Part shown: positions 23,021-41,150 of the stretch, piece after piece
How the letters are laid out: each line of letters begins with the position of its first letter
How positions within the stretch are numbered: the first letter of the stretch is position 1
Source of the DNA: the human T2T-CHM13v2.0 reference genome, Homo sapiens
Strand: one strand, 5' to 3'
Length of the DNA stretch: 64,000 nucleotides
Assembly: GCF_009914755.1 (NCBI RefSeq)
Contig: NC_060939.1
The notes under the pieces: model-generated
The model's database searches: none
The model's input: only the letters and a program-made list of their open reading frames with translations
What the model was told of the DNA's origin: nothing
Position numbers and translations under genes: made by a program

Positions 23021-25109
23021 CTTAAAAAGAAAAAAGGAAACATACAAAATTATCTCGAGAATTATTCCTGCTTAAACAATGTCTACGTGCCATTACTAAG
23101 TATGCACACAGTAAAGATGAGAAGAGGACATGCAAGCGTGAACATACTTGTTAGGGATATAGGACTATGGGTAATTTAAACATTTTAATGGTATTACTCT
23201 CATGTAATTGCTCTGAAATTCTAGTCAGTTGTTTGAAATGGCTCTTAGAACAGAATACTTTGACATTTTTATGATGTCAAAAACTAAGAACTTAGCCCTA
23301 AATATTCCAAAGAATAGGTGCAGAAGAACCCGTTTCCTTAAACGGCATTTGAGTATTCTTCACAACTCAAACTTTCTCTCCCATCCTGTGATGGCCGAGA
23401 GTTTTTCCTCTGACGACGGCACTGACCTTACCCTATCCAAAATATGAACATCTGCATGGTTTCCTGGTTCAAATTGTTTTTATCCATTCTGTCGTGAGAA
23501 TCAAATGGTTCAGACCATGCAGCACCTCTCTGGGACTTCTCAAGTCCTTTCTAGATCTGAAGACTATTCTCTGAACCAAAGACAACTTCTGGGGGTGTAC
23601 CAAATCTCCCTTTAGAAAATTATTAAGATCAAGATGTTTTAACCTTTTAACTCTTTCTCAAACAAAATAAATTCGTTTCTCCTTTACTGTTATTTTAAAT
23701 TTCAAAATACACAGATAGTATGTCTAAAATAAAATCAAGAGAATGACAGTTTTAGAACACAAACTGTGGTAATTTTGAAAACACAAAAGCTAAGACCACT
23801 AATTAGGTCTATGTGGACACCAAGTCCACCACAACCTGTTCTGTCCTCCGGGGCTCTGCCCACGCCTTTCCCTTGCCTGAGATTCCTTCTGCTTCCTACC
23901 CTTCCAAATGCTGTATTTCCCCCTGGAAGACTTGCCAAGACCACTCTAACCTGCACATCTCCCATTCCAGCTAACCAAAGGCATCCCTGGGTTGACTAAA
24001 CCAAATTATTTTGCAGACAAGGCATCTAAAAACTTCCACTGTAGACTATTCACCTTAATAATTGTTATTGTGACATTATTCAATAATAAAATGAGGGAAA
24101 GAAGTCCTCTTCAATCCCTTATCCTGGAGAATCCAAGCAAGTATCTTTCCCACTTGCTTTGCCCAAACCCTGGGACCTTTCTAAGTAAAAGTTTAATGGA
24201 AGGGAAAGAAAATCTAAAAGAAAAACTCTCCAAAAAATTAAACTCGGGCAAAGAATCATGGGATTAAAAATTTTTATTCTTTGTGTATTTGATTTCCGAA
24301 ACATAGAAATCTCTCTCCCACTCCTTAAACCTGCCACTGGGCTAAGAGAGTATTGTACAGAATATGCACTCACTGACTTAACAGAATTAGAACATCCAGG
24401 CACTCACTGAGATTTTGCTGCCACAACCGCTCAAAGTCTAGTCATTAGTTCATGAGTTAACACCACACTTGATCTTCAAATTTTCGAAATGCTGACGGTA
24501 GACAGGGACTTGTTTTGGGAAAGGAAGTACACAGTAGACATTGTTACCCATGACCCAACCACCACCACCTTTCCTTTAAAGAACCCCACTCTTCCTTTAA
24601 GGTTGCAGAGTCTCAGAAAGTGGGAAGAAAGGAAGTTTTTGCATTTTCAGGTCAAAACGAAGTACATTTGTGCAACCACATAATGCCCATGCAAAGGTCT
24701 GTTGAAATCTAAACACAAGACAGAAGTAGTTCTAGCACCTCCACAAAAAGTAGGGTAAGTAAACTTTTCCTTAATATACACTTTCAGCAGCATCAACACC
24801 TAAAAGTGGTTGACTTTACTACTGTACTAAATTAAATTACATTCATTTTGTCAATAGGTGTTCCAAATTCATACTGATCTTTGTCTCCAAGGGGTTCCTG
24901 CTGAATATTGAGACAGTTGAAGATTACTAGGGGAAAAAATTCTTAATAATCGAAGTAAGGATCATCTAAGGATAATATGCCACATATACAGACACAGTCA
25001 CATTTTCAGCTTTACAAAAGTTCAGTTATCAAAGTTGTACAGCAAACACTATCCTAAGCTTAGCGTCTTCAGGCATTTGATTTATAATCACTGTAAAGAA
25101 AAATCAGTC

Positions 25110-25390
25110 ACAAAATGCCACTTTTGTATGATTCTATTTATATGAAATGCCCAGGATAGGCAAATCTACAGAGATAGAAGTTAGATCAGAGGTTGCCAGG
25201 ATCAATGGTGGGGGAGAGAGGTACAGGGAGTGACTGCTAGTGGGTACGGGGTTCTTTTTGGGGAGATGAAAATGTTCTGAAATTAGGGAGTGGTAATGGC
25301 TGCATAACTCTGAATATACTAAAAACCACTGAACTGTACACTTGAAGGGTGAGGCTTATCATACAAAAACTGTATCACAATAAAGCTCTT
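25110..25390 (+). mobile_element. L1M 3' end fragment
   Basis: GATTCTATTTATATGAAATG.CCAG.ATAGGCAAATC...GATGAAAATGTTCTGAAATTAG. Confidence 0.75.
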
Positions 25391-25883
25391 AGTTTAAAAA
25401 ATGTTTGTCTATGTCAAGAAACAAAGAAATAGGGTCATAGCTAGAAGATATGGGATATAAAATACTGGAACAAAACTGCTTAATAATATATCTAGAATCA
25501 CACAATGGTTAGTCTGTACGCTGACTAAAATCGCGAGATTTGTGTTTTATCGGTATTTCACATTTTTTACTTCTTCTAAGTCAGCCAGTAATTCCTCCTT
25601 CTCACCTAAGCATTGACTACAAAGACCAAGCCATTTTGACTCTGCCGCCAATGAGCTTTCACATTTCTTTCCTCCTTCCATTCCCATGACTACCAAACCA
25701 GTGTAGGTTCTCCTCACTTCACTCTAAGACAACAGCGTGGCCCTCAAATACTGTCACACTCTTCAAGGCTCTGTGAGCACAATCTGTCTCATATTCTCTT
25801 CTGCTGTCACCAGATTTATTCTAAGACCGTTTCTTCACTGTTACTCCCCTGTTTCTCAACCAGTTACACAGAAAGATGAATAT

Positions 25884-26028
25884 CCAGGCATGGTGTCATG
25901 TGCCTGTAGTCCCAGCTACTCAGGAGGCTGAGGCGGCAGGATCGCTTGAGAATGTGAGATTCAGACTGCAGTGAGCCATGATCATGCCACCGCACTCCAG
26001 CCTGGGCAACAGAGTGAGATTGTCTCAA

Positions 26029-26059
<31 letters not shown>

Positions 26060-26450
26060 ATGTGGTCTATCCATGCAACGGAATACTATAAAATTATCAG
26101 CCTTAAAAAAGAAAGAAGCCCTGTCACATGCTGCAATATAGATGAACCTTGAAAACATTACACTAATTGAAATCAGCCCATCACACAAAGACAAATGCTG
26201 TACGATTTCTCTTACATTAGGTTTGAAATTAGTCAAACTCATAGAAACAGAAAATAGAGCGGTTGTTTCCATAAGCCAGGGGATAGAGAAATGGGGAGTT
26301 GTTGTATAGTGGCTATAGTTTCAGTTCTCCAAGAGAAGCAAGTTCTAGAAACTCGTTACTCAACATGTATATTTTTAACACTACTGCACTGTATACTTAC
26401 AAGTGGTTAATATGGTAAATTTTATGTTGTGCCTTATCACCATAATGTTT
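25884..26450 (+). mobile_element. Alu right monomer with (TAAA)n tail followed by an L1M 3' end
   Basis: Alu right arm 25884-26060; L1 3' UTR motifs ATGAACCTTGAAAACATTACACTAA at 26060-26450. Confidence 0.75.
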
Positions 26451-26872
26451 TTAAAAGAAGGGGTTTGTGTTTCCCTTCGTTGTGATCACCCATTTTTCAC
26501 TTCAGCATTTTGAACTTGAGATTTCCTGTAGCGGTTTTACTGAGCCCTGCAGTTACCGGCTCAGAATGTCTCCACCACCTTGTAACCTTGTAGGCAGACA
26601 CTTTTCAGCATCTTATTGGGCTCCGTGTGCTTGATGCTTAAAGTGACATGGAGACATGCCACTTGCTGAGAAGCAAAGAAAGGCAAAAGGTGACTGCTTT
26701 CCTGGCATCGATGAAGGCAGAGAGAAGGGATCTTGGAGGCACAGATATTAAGCCATAAGCAATAACATGGGTTGCCAAAAAGAGAACTAACCCCTCTCCT
26801 GGTAACATTTCCAGGTGTTTTTCACAGGGCCAGTGGATTTCACAACGCGAGTGCTGTCCAGCACCAAAGGGA

Positions 26873-26992
26873 ATGGCCAACAGGCATGGAGCAGCCTGCA
26901 GCATCCAGCACCCAGGAGGATGACCGGCATGCATGGAGCAGCCTACAGCGTCCAGCACTCAGTAGGATGGCCAGGAGGCATGGAGCAGCCTG
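26873..26992. repeat. ~47-bp minisatellite, ~2.5 copies
   Basis: GCATGGAGCAGCCT(G/A)CAGC(A/G)TCCAGCAC.CAG.AGGATG.CC.G recurs at 26884, 26931 and 26978. Confidence 0.85.
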
Positions 26993-27043
26993 CCTGTCCC
27001 AGGAAAGCAGGAGTCACAGGACACAACTGGACCCAGGTAGGCA

Positions 27044-27490
27044 TGTATGTTAGTTTCCTGTGGCTGTTAGAGCAAATTACCAAAAATTTGGTGACTTAAA
27101 ACAACAGAAATTTATTTTCTCACAGTTTTGGATATCAGGAGTCCAAAATCAGTATCACTGGGCTGAAATCTAGGTATCAGCAGAGCCAGTGCTCTCAGAG
27201 GCTGAGGGGAAAATCCATCCTTTGACTTTCGCAGCTTCTGATGGCTGCTGGCATTCATTGTCTTGCAGCTCCACCACTCCAGGCTCTGCCTCCTTGGTCA
27301 CAGGGCCTCCTTCTCTTCTGTCTGAAGTTAAATCTCCTTTATCTCCCTCTTATAAGGATATATGTGCCAGGATTTAATGCCCACGGAGACAATCCAGGAT
27401 AATCTCTCCTCAAGATCCTTAACTTAATCATACCTGAAAATATGCTTTTTCCAAATGAGGTAACATCTACAGGTTCTAGGAATTAGGACT
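27044..27490 (-). mobile_element. MLT1-type MaLR LTR
   Basis: GGTGACTTAAAACAACAGAAATTTATTTTCTCACAGTT motif. Confidence 0.75.
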
Positions 27491-27669
27491 TAATTATTAG
27501 CTCCCACTTATAAGTGAGAACATGCAGTATTTGGTTTTCTGTCTCTGTGTTAGTTTCCTGAGGATTATGGCCTCCAACTGCATCCATGTTGCTGAAAAGG
27601 ACATGATTTTGTTCCTTTTTATAGCTTCATAGTATTCCATGATATATATGTCCCACATTTTCTTAAAAA

Positions 27670-28076
27670 GAGATTTATTATGGGGTCATGGCTTACATTA
27701 TTATGAAGGCAAAGAATGTGCCATCTGGAAGCTGGAACACTCAGAAAAATTGGTGATTTAATTCTGTCCAAGTCAGAAGGCCTGAGAACCAGGAGAGCTG
27801 ATGGTGTACATCCCAGTCCCAGGACAGAAGATGAGATGTCCCAGCACAAGCAAAGAGGCAGAAAGAAAGGGGGCAAATTTCCCCTTCCTCCCTTTGTTCT
27901 ACTCAAGCCCTCACCAGGTTGGATGATGTCCATCTCCATGGGGCCATCTACGTTACTGAATTCACTGACTCAAAAGCTAAAGTCACCTGGAAACACTCAC
28001 AAACACACCCAGAAACAATGTTTAATCCGAGCACCCTGTGGCCCAGTCAAGATGGCACATAAAATTTACCCTCACA
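27670..28076 (-). mobile_element. MLT2 (ERVL) LTR, preceded by an L1 fragment at 27495-27665
   Basis: Ends CCAGTCAAGATGGCACATAAAATTTACCCTCACA, the reverse complement of the MLT2 5' end. Confidence 0.75.
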
Positions 28077-28077
28077 G

Positions 28078-30180
<2,103 letters not shown>

Positions 30181-32854
30181 AAATAAAATTGCTAACTCAA
30201 GGAACAGCTTGACAGTATATTATTGCGACAAATAGAGGCAAAGGTTAGCAGACACCAGTGTTCACTTAGTGGGAACTGCAGGTGTTCCCCCCATAGGAGG
30301 CTGCTACTTTCCCACAAGAAATCCATTACTGACTACCGATAAAAGAACACATTGTAGGTTTCTTACAATATATAAATAGCTAAACTTTATATAGCCACGA
30401 CCATATTCTAGCACTGCTCTAAGCCTTTTCCTGCTCTGAAATAGCTACTATTGTTACCTCCATTGTAGAGAAAACAGGTGCCGGAGGCTGTTGTGGAAGG
30501 ACCAGAGAAACTGACTATGAAATTGACTTGTTGTAAGTTTCAGACTTAAAAGTTCTTCCTGCTCTGCTCCTTCCATTGCCACATTTTAGTTAAGGTACCT
30601 CTTACAATACTGGTCCTTTCTGTATTTGGAGGGACTTCTCTTGCAAATTGAAGTTTTTTCTTGCGCTAAGCATTTGGTCATGAGATTATCTGCGTTTTAC
30701 ATCAGTTTAAGTACCTCTTTAGACATTGTTCAGTTAGGAATGTAAATAGGAGCTAACATTGTGTGTAAAAGGAAAGAACATCTGATTACAACCACTTTTG
30801 TTTCATAATACAAATATAAATCAATATGTTATTGGAAATGCAGGCTGGGAGGGGAGGGAAAATATGCATACAGAAAAGCCCCATCTCTGCTTGGAGTTCA
30901 GCACTGGGTCTCTTTTTCCTTTCCACCTTCCTTGTCAAGGCTGCCACAGTGACAAGCACACAGAGGTGCCTTCAGTGACACCTGCTGGGACAGACCTGGC
31001 AGAACGGATTGCAGATTTGCATGTTTCCTGGCTGCCTCTGCTAGCCTGAGTCAGCAGCCCACTCCAATTCATGCTGAGCTTAGACAGCTCAGGTTTGCAA
31101 AATTATCCCTTCCCTTGGAGCAACCGCTTTCCAGTCTCCTCATCATTCCTAAAGGAGAATGATATACATGCCAGCATGACAGAGGTCCAGAAATTTATAG
31201 AAGCTTCACTGTGAGCCTATATCCTTAACAGGGGCTCAAACTACCAACACCGAATGAAGAGAGAGGTTTTGCAGTAAAGCAGGAAGTCATTAAAATAATG
31301 AATCACCCAGCTAGGTTTTGAGCTCCTTTTCCACCAATTTAATGGAAAGTTTTATTGTCTTTCCAATGTACACTTTCATAAATTTTCCATAAATTTATTA
31401 TTCACATCTTAACATAGGTAACTCCTTTGTGTTTGATCACTGAGCAAATTATACGCAGCAAAACAATCCTATATTTTGGTGAACTCATAGCTTAGAAAAT
31501 ACTAAAGACTCATTGTAAGCTGAGGGCAGCATTAAGCAAATTATATTTACCTTTGTGACTGCAAAACTTAATGATTCAATGCTTTTCCCATGAAATTTAT
31601 CTTCCAATACTGATAGTTTTTTAAACAAAAAATATGAATTAAATATCAATTAAAATTTTATCATTGTTTTCAGAAACTGTGACTTCACTAGTTATGAACA
31701 GACTTGAAATGTATAGTTTTTAAGTTTGGAAATTCTTTGTAGTTTCATTTACTTTTCCAGGAAGGGAGTGAGATATTTTTTGCCACTGTTGCCTGGTTTT
31801 TGTTTGGTTTTTGATCATAAACAAAACTTAATGGAGCCTCAAATCTACTAACTCGGTCCTCCTCTGGCAATATGCCTTTTTCTGATTTCTAGATATCACT
31901 TGATATTTTTAACACACTAATTTTATTATTTAAAAATTTATAAAAGTACTCAGAAGTAAGAAGCAAATTAAATTTGAAACCTTAGTAGTAATACCATCAT
32001 CCAAAGTCATCATCAATAATATTTTGGCATATTTTATTTTAAAATACATTTCAGCACAGTTTAGTTACATTTGTTATATCTGTATCAATAAACTGTTTTC
32101 ATATGTCATTACTTTTATGGATATAATTTTTGACGTGTGACTAATACTAAATCTTACATACTTGCTGTAGTTGACCTTGTGAGACATTTAGATTTTCAAC
32201 TGTTTAGTACTTTAATAACCAGTTTTTATTCTAATATCATTATTAGAATAATAATATTACTATAGTATTATTATTATTATTGTAGCAATAACTTGTTTTT
32301 AGAATAAATATCCTATTTCTCATTTAACTTGATTGGATCCGTGCACGGACAATTATGTTGGGAACATAGAATGTAACTGGCCCTGTTTCAACCCCTTAGA
32401 TGTGGCCCTCAGTTTAGGGAAGGGAGGAGTTCTCTACTGGGCTGATAAAGCAGAATTCAGAAACATTGTTTTCTTCTTTACCTGGTGTTTTACAAAACCA
32501 GATGTGAGTGTGACTTGTAAAGGCAAGAGCATGTATATTATGCAAAAGCAGCCTGAAATATTTTATTCACAGATAGACAGACAATGCTTGACTCCCTGCT
32601 AATCTGAAATACTTCATGGGGAGGGCCAGGGAAATCAAAACAAAATTTCAGAAGTAGAATGAGCTATTTGGTGTATGTCTCCAAGGCCAATAAATAACAA
32701 GAAGGAAAAATAAATTTCTTTGCTAACAACAAGAAGGAGAAATAAACTTTTTTGCTCTAAAACATTTTCCAATTATCTCCATGACACTGGAGGGAAGGAC
32801 TAACAAAAAAAAAAAAAGAAAGAAAGAAAAAAAAAAGAAAAGGAAAAAAAAAGG

Positions 32855-33159
<305 letters not shown>

Positions 33160-33422
33160 GTTCCCAATGCACAAATCAATCAAGAATTTCACCCCCAACA
33201 GTGAAAAAAATTGTGAAAGCAGTCAGGTTTTAGTCACTGTAAATCACAATTTCAATTCCACCCATCCAAAGAAAGCTATGTACATCCTTCTCATTCCAAA
33301 TACATACAGGCCATGAGTTAATAATCTTTCATTCTTCTAAAATATCAACAGATTTGCTTTTTTACTTTCATTTGTAGTTTATAGCACTCACAATTAAATT
33401 GATCCAAATGTATTTGAGGTAC

Positions 33423-33468
<46 letters not shown>
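33423..33468. repeat. (TA)n microsatellite
   Basis: Visible directly. Confidence 0.95.
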
Positions 33469-33471
<3 letters not shown>

Positions 33472-36118
33472 ATCAAAGGTCAATGCTATTGTCTATGCAT
33501 TAGCCACTCCCATTTATGAGAATTTTCTGAACTTGTTGCTATATATCTCTTAAATGGTGTCCGTTGGCCACATTTCTTTCCTGAGAAACAACTGAGCAGC
33601 TGACAATGGAAATGAAGCTCTCTGCATTCCTGTTAGGCATACTGCATACATCTTAGGCTCTCTGCATGCCTCTTAGGCACTTACATTTACATATATTTGT
33701 ATCTCATTACATAGTGATACAGTCCTAAAATAAATAATGAGTTATTTTCTAGACTAATTTGATGAGGCTTTTATTTGATAACAAATTAAAATTATGCCAC
33801 CAGATGCCTATACTTTGACTTATAAAATGTGTTGTGTTCTGCATGGGCAAACAGAAAGTGCAGAAATTGAACGGCTGCCTGGTAAAATTACCTAAATCCA
33901 CAATGCCACTGGACAACATTGAACTAGATATTTAAATAAGTGAAAGTAATCAAGTAGTTGAGTTCACTGATAAAATTATACTTGGAATCTTACATCATTC
34001 CCAGATTAATATATACAATGTATATCAAATGTCATTGCTATGGGAATGGAAACTGTTACACATGAGGTTAAATTTTTATAAAGAATTTTTTTTCCTCTAG
34101 AACTGACATTGAGAAACTTGATACCCTCTCTTTATGGCATGTCTTAAGAAAATGTCAACCCAATGTCAAAGGATAATTAATTTTTTTAAAGAAAAGAAAA
34201 ATAATGGTTCTCATACAAATGTAAAATGAATATATGTTCATGATTTTATTTAACTGATTAATAAATAAGAGTGCCACAGGATGTTTTAACTGGTTCAAAG
34301 GAGAATACAAAGAGAATATATAGGCAGACATTCATGCTGAAATGAATTTGCTTAATAAAGGCAAAACTAGCCAATATCCATAGGGTGATGGTCAAATATA
34401 TCTACACTGGATAATTTGCATTTTCATGGACAGGAATTATTTGCAATTTACACAGTTGTGAAATAGGTAAAACAAACAAAAAGTGAAAGGTTCAGAAACC
34501 CCATACAATCAGCTAAACTAACATTTAGTTTTCCATTGAAAATATTTAGCAATTTTTTGAGACAATTTCAAAGTTTTTCTTAATTTTTCTCTGCTCTAAA
34601 CAAGTATATAAATTATTTCCAATGAAAATTAGAGCTTTTTCTTTGTTGAATTAGTGTTTTGAAAAATTTATGGAAGGAGACGGAACATAAAAGCAGTTGC
34701 CAAGTTTATCAATTAAGTTGGTACGATTACAAATCCCAATTGAGAAATATTTTTAAGTATATTTTTCTTTCCAAGACAAATAGACATTTAAACAGTCCTA
34801 ATGTTCATATCCTTTATGTTACATATATATGTATAGATGTGTAAGTATATGTATATCTACATGTATATAAAAAGACACAAACTCACATAGTTATTTCAGA
34901 GAATTATTTATGGAAATGTGTTGGGTTTTCTTTTTGTGAAGCTATGTTATCAAGAAGTTATTCTTAGTTTTACAGAAAATAAAACAGCTCTGGCTCTTTG
35001 TATCATAAGATAAATATCTGTTTATAAATATCAGTATTTTCTAATACTTCTAATGTACTCTTTTGGAGGTAATGGTATATGAAACCCTATAAGAGCAATT
35101 CTACTTCATTAATTAATTCGGAAGAAACACAAGTTTTTAAGACCCAGTGTATGCCAATAATTGACAAAGTCATTAAGGTAGACAAAGATGGGTAGAGCCT
35201 GGGCTTTGGCTATGAATGTTAGAAAATGAATCACTGAAAGTAAAACATGTTTAAAAGATTAAAATAACAAAAAATGGTTTGAAATTAATTTCAGTTATTG
35301 GCCATCAATTGGTTAGAATGAGTAATTAAGAATGAGTCGAAGCTTTTTTCTCTTCATTTATGTCAAATATGTCATAAAAATAGTCAATTTTAGATTATTA
35401 TAAGTCAATTATGTCAAAATGGTTGAATGACATGTCATTGAAATTAATCTTTAGCTTGTAATGCTATCATTTCAGTTTTAATTAATATTGGGGCCAAAAT
35501 GTTCATTAGATACTGTTTTTAATGATCAGTTTTTATGCAAATGATTTATATAAGTCAGAACTTCAATTCAATGTTTGGTAGCTGTTTGATTTTTAGGACA
35601 TTATATATTGAAATGTACACTGATTATCCTAAAGTTGTAAATATTTAAGAAACTTTACAGCAAAAAGTCTAAAATAAAGATATATTTATATTATTTCCAA
35701 AACAGAAAATTTAAATTGATTCCCTAGTCAAAGAAACTGTTTGTAAATAAAATGTAACAAACTATATATTCCTTGGCCCCCAGACAGTTTAAAGTCACTT
35801 TTCCTTTTTATATACATGTTCTAATATTATAAACAGTGAGCTCAGGAATACCCTAATTTGTCTTTTGTATATTTTCAGCAGATTGTGCTGTTTCAAATTA
35901 TATTATTTTACTCCAATTCTTTTGTTTACATATTGCTTTTTTTGCTAGCGTTTTTCATATTTTAAAATATATTACTATATTGTATATAGTAATATTGTGT
36001 TTCTCTTTCTTCATGTTTTATTTTGTTCCATAACCTTTGGCTTGTCCTTTTTATTCCATATTCCCATTTGTAGATGTAGTTTTCAAAGGTGCTTATTTAC
36101 ACAAACTTAAGACTCTTG

Positions 36119-36515
<397 letters not shown>

Positions 36516-36671
36516 TCATCTATTGCCCAATGCAGTAGGCATTGAGAATAGAACTTGCGACAACTCTCTGTGCATTAACAATAGAAAAAATGGGATAAGA
36601 TAGAGGCAAGGAACATACATTCACGGAGCAAGAGGAAACACTGAAGAACTAATAGAAATTGGGCTTATTAA

Positions 36672-37089
<418 letters not shown>

Positions 37090-38876
37090 TAAATCTATTA
37101 TTTAAAAATCCACCTATACAATTGGTATTCACAGAAATTGCCCATATATGTTATTATTTTATTCTCATAACTCTCTATGCCAAGTATAGATACATTATTG
37201 ATGTGGAAAATTAGATCACAGAGATAAAGTGACTTTCCCAAGGTCAGTGCAGAAAGGGAAAGGTGAAAATTTGAACTTGTACCTGAAGAGTAAGAGCAAA
37301 GGGGTTAAGGAGTTACTCATATATCTTTGTGCTTCAGAGGTCCTTACTGAGAGTTTTAATCCAAATGGTTTGGTAAATCTGGGGCAACAGCTATAACATG
37401 GCTTATGTGATGCTTAGTGTTTTGGAACCATCAAGATCTTTGCAATGGCATCACCGATAACAACCCCATCATCTTGTAAAACATGGACATGTTGGGAAAT
37501 AATGTTTTAGTTCAGTCATTGAACTGACCCAAACTTCTGTGTTCATATTTTTATAGACCTCATGATTGTTAAGATATAAAGAAGCATCAGAAGTTTTGTT
37601 TTTGTTTTTAATTACAAAGGAGTTAGGATATTCCTAACATCCAAAGTGAATTAAAATAATTCACTTTGATGTGAGAAAGAGCTTCTTGTCTTAGGGACAC
37701 TGGTGAGGTGAATTCACAACTATGGGTTGTTTTAATTGAATTACATCCTCAGAGGTTTAGTTTTGAGCTCTGAATCTACAATCTGTATTTTGCAAGTAAT
37801 CAATGGTATTTATTTAAGTTCTCTTGGTAAAGATAATGTGAATAGGGAAATCTGCTTATTTCTAGCATAAAATTGTTTATTAAGCAAAATAATAGCACTG
37901 CAAATTAACTAGTAAAATGAAATCTTTAACTTTCACACCTTCATTTGATATTTACTGAATATTTTGGGGACTAGCTTATATGTAATTTAGCTCAACTTTT
38001 GTTTAAAATAGGAAACTGAACTTTGAAAATAAGTACTTTTAAAAATATTTTAGAATGCAAAATAGTTTTCATGGAAACTTTCATGGAATAATATTCTTTA
38101 TATTTTAGAATCAAGGTATGTTCCTACTTGGTATTTAATCAAGGAAATACCTAAATCAAGAACAATTCCAAATGGCTGTTTATTAAGTGTGATGGTTTAC
38201 TAATGTCAACAAAAGTGAAAAAAATCATATTGAAGTATAAATAGTAATCTTGTTTAACATATTTATAAATACATTTTTGTACATATTTGTGTTTTGTACC
38301 TATTTATATAAAAAACAAATATTATTATCTTTTGTACAAATATTTTTAAGATCTGGCACTTTTTTAGCACCCCAGAAAAATATTTTTCAGGCTCTCAGCT
38401 GATGCTGAGAAAAAGAAGTCAGTCTCACATGTTACCATAGATTAATATTGCCTATCTTTGTCTTCATATAAATGGAAGCATATGGTATTTATTTTTTTCT
38501 GGCTTATTTCACTCAAAATTACATTTGTGAAATCTGTTTATGTTATGGACCAGTGATTCATTCCTTTTTGTTTTGTGTAGCACCCTGTTGAATGAATATG
38601 GAGCTTTCCAATCCATTCTAGCCTGATGAACATCCAGGTGTTTCTGTTGAAACTGCTAGTCATAAATTATGTGTTTAAATGTAGTAGATAATGATAATTA
38701 TTTTTCCAAAATGATTGTATCAACTTAATAACTCATTCAAATATGTGAAGACCTCCTAACAATCTAAAAAGATGGACCTCCAATTTCAAATAATAAATAA
38801 AAAGAGTAAGTACTTGAACAGGCAGTATATGCACATTTTTTAAAATAAAAGATTGAGTTAAATTTTGTAAAATGTA

Positions 38877-39193
<317 letters not shown>

Positions 39194-40229
39194 TCATTTG
39201 AGCTACATGTGTGAAAATATGTCTTTTACATTATTATATAACACAGATTTTGGATATGACGAGTGCTGAACTGAGGCTTTTCACTTGATATGCATTACAA
39301 ATTAGAATTTTTCACTCACAAAACATGCTTATGACAATTTTATATGTGAATAGAATTGTAAAAATTGCCTTAAGAGTTATTGAATAAAATGTTTAAAGTA
39401 CCCCATAGGATGAGGAAAAAATGGAAGAGTTAATTTAACAAGGATACAAAGCGTAAAAGATAGAGAAGAATAAGAGTTCAAATAAAATCGAATGAAAAGA
39501 CACCATCTTGTGTAACTCTGTAGTTAATTGTGCATGTGTGCTATTTTTCATGACTTGGAGCACGTTATTTTTGGCCAAGAGCTTCCATTCTATCTATGGA
39601 TATGCCAAAATTTTCCTATTTTAGATCTTCTAGTCTCCAACTCTCAAGATAAAAAACAAAAATCATTAAAACCTCTGACTGATATTGAATGCCTGCATAA
39701 AAATCTCCTCCCATCACCTTGCAACAGATGACTTGCTCATACACCTTTTTGACTACCACTCCCCATCAAGGGTTCTCTCCTTCGAGACGGCAGTAATTCT
39801 CTATGTATTTCATGTTATGTGCAAACTTTACTTTCAAAGAGTTGTTACCTATATTAATGTATTTACATCATTCACTTAATATATTTTCTCTATCAGTAAA
39901 ATTGGTTTAGATATATTGGATTAGGATAGAACACGTCACAATTTTTCTCACCTTTATGATTTTTTTTTTTTAGTTGGACCCTTTTTCAGTTGGTGACAGT
40001 GTCAGAAATGAATTAAAGTTGTTAAGAATAGGTAAGGGTAAAGAGAAGGGTGTCCTTATGTATCAACTTTGCTTATTTAGTTTTTTCAAGTTCAGTAAGA
40101 CCCTCCTCTCCCTTCAAGGAAGATGATTCCTAGGCACGTTTGTTATTTCTATCAAAACAGCTGAGGTTTTTTTTTTTCATTCATATTGTTAAAATACCAA
40201 TTGTGGAGCGAAAAATGCTTCACCTGGGA

Positions 40230-41150
40230 CTGTCCCCTGACAGGCGGTGCGACGAGGTCAGGCCCGCGCCCGCCAAGCCCTAGGGCCGCTGCCGCCGACG
40301 GCCATGGAGGACGAGCAGCCCGACAGCCTGGAGGGCTGGGCGCCGCTCCGGGAGGGCCTCTTCGCCGATCCCCAGAGGCACCGGTTGCGCTTCCTGGTGG
40401 CTTGGAACGGCGCGGAGGGCAAGTTTGCTGTGACTTGTCACGACCGCACCGCGCAGCAGCCGCAGCGGCGCGAGGGGGCCCGGCTGGGGCTGGAGCACAA
40501 GCCCGAGGCCGCCGTGTCCCCGCCCAGCTGGGCCGGCCGGCTCTCGGCCGCGGGGTTCCGCGGCGCGCGCCGGCAGCCAGCGGCGCTGTGGCCGCCTCTG
40601 GAACACTGCTTCCCACGGCTGCCGCCGGAGCTGGACGTGGGCGGCGGCGGGGCCTGAGGTCTGGGGCTCGGGCGGTGGGCGCTGCTCTGGCCGGCGCGCG
40701 TGGGCCCCGGCGAGGCGGCGCTGCAGGAGCTTTGCGGGCAGCTGGAGCGCTACCTGGGCGCGGCGGCCCACGGCTGTGGCGGCGCCACCGTGCGCGACGC
40801 TCTCTTCGCGGCTAAGGGCCGCGCGGCCGACTGCGAGAGCCCGCGCGAGTTTCGGGAGCGGGCCCTGCGCGCCTGATGGGTCGAGGCGGACGCGCGGCTG
40901 CGTCAGGTAAGCGAGGCCGGGCCGCCGGCGTTTGACCGCGCTTGGGTGGCCTGGGACCCTGTGGGAGGCTTCCCCGGCGCCGAGAGCCCTGGCTGACGGC
41001 TGATGGGGAGGAGCCGGCGGGCGGAGAAGGCCACGGGCTCCCCAGTACCCTCACCTGCGCGGGATCGCTGCGGGAAACCAGGGGGAGCTTCGGCAGGGCC
41101 TGCAGAGAGGACAAGCGAAGTTAAGAGCCTAGTGTACTTGCCGCTGGGAG
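40230..41150. promoter_or_regulatory. CpG island over WHAMM-pseudogene exon 1 (possible bidirectional promoter)
   Basis: Very high GC and CpG density with an abrupt left edge at ~40220. Confidence 0.85.

Noticed and set aside
23585-23605. WYTP motif resembling the UBE2Q2 last exon
   Set aside because: Wrong position (upstream of earlier exons) and the match does not extend.
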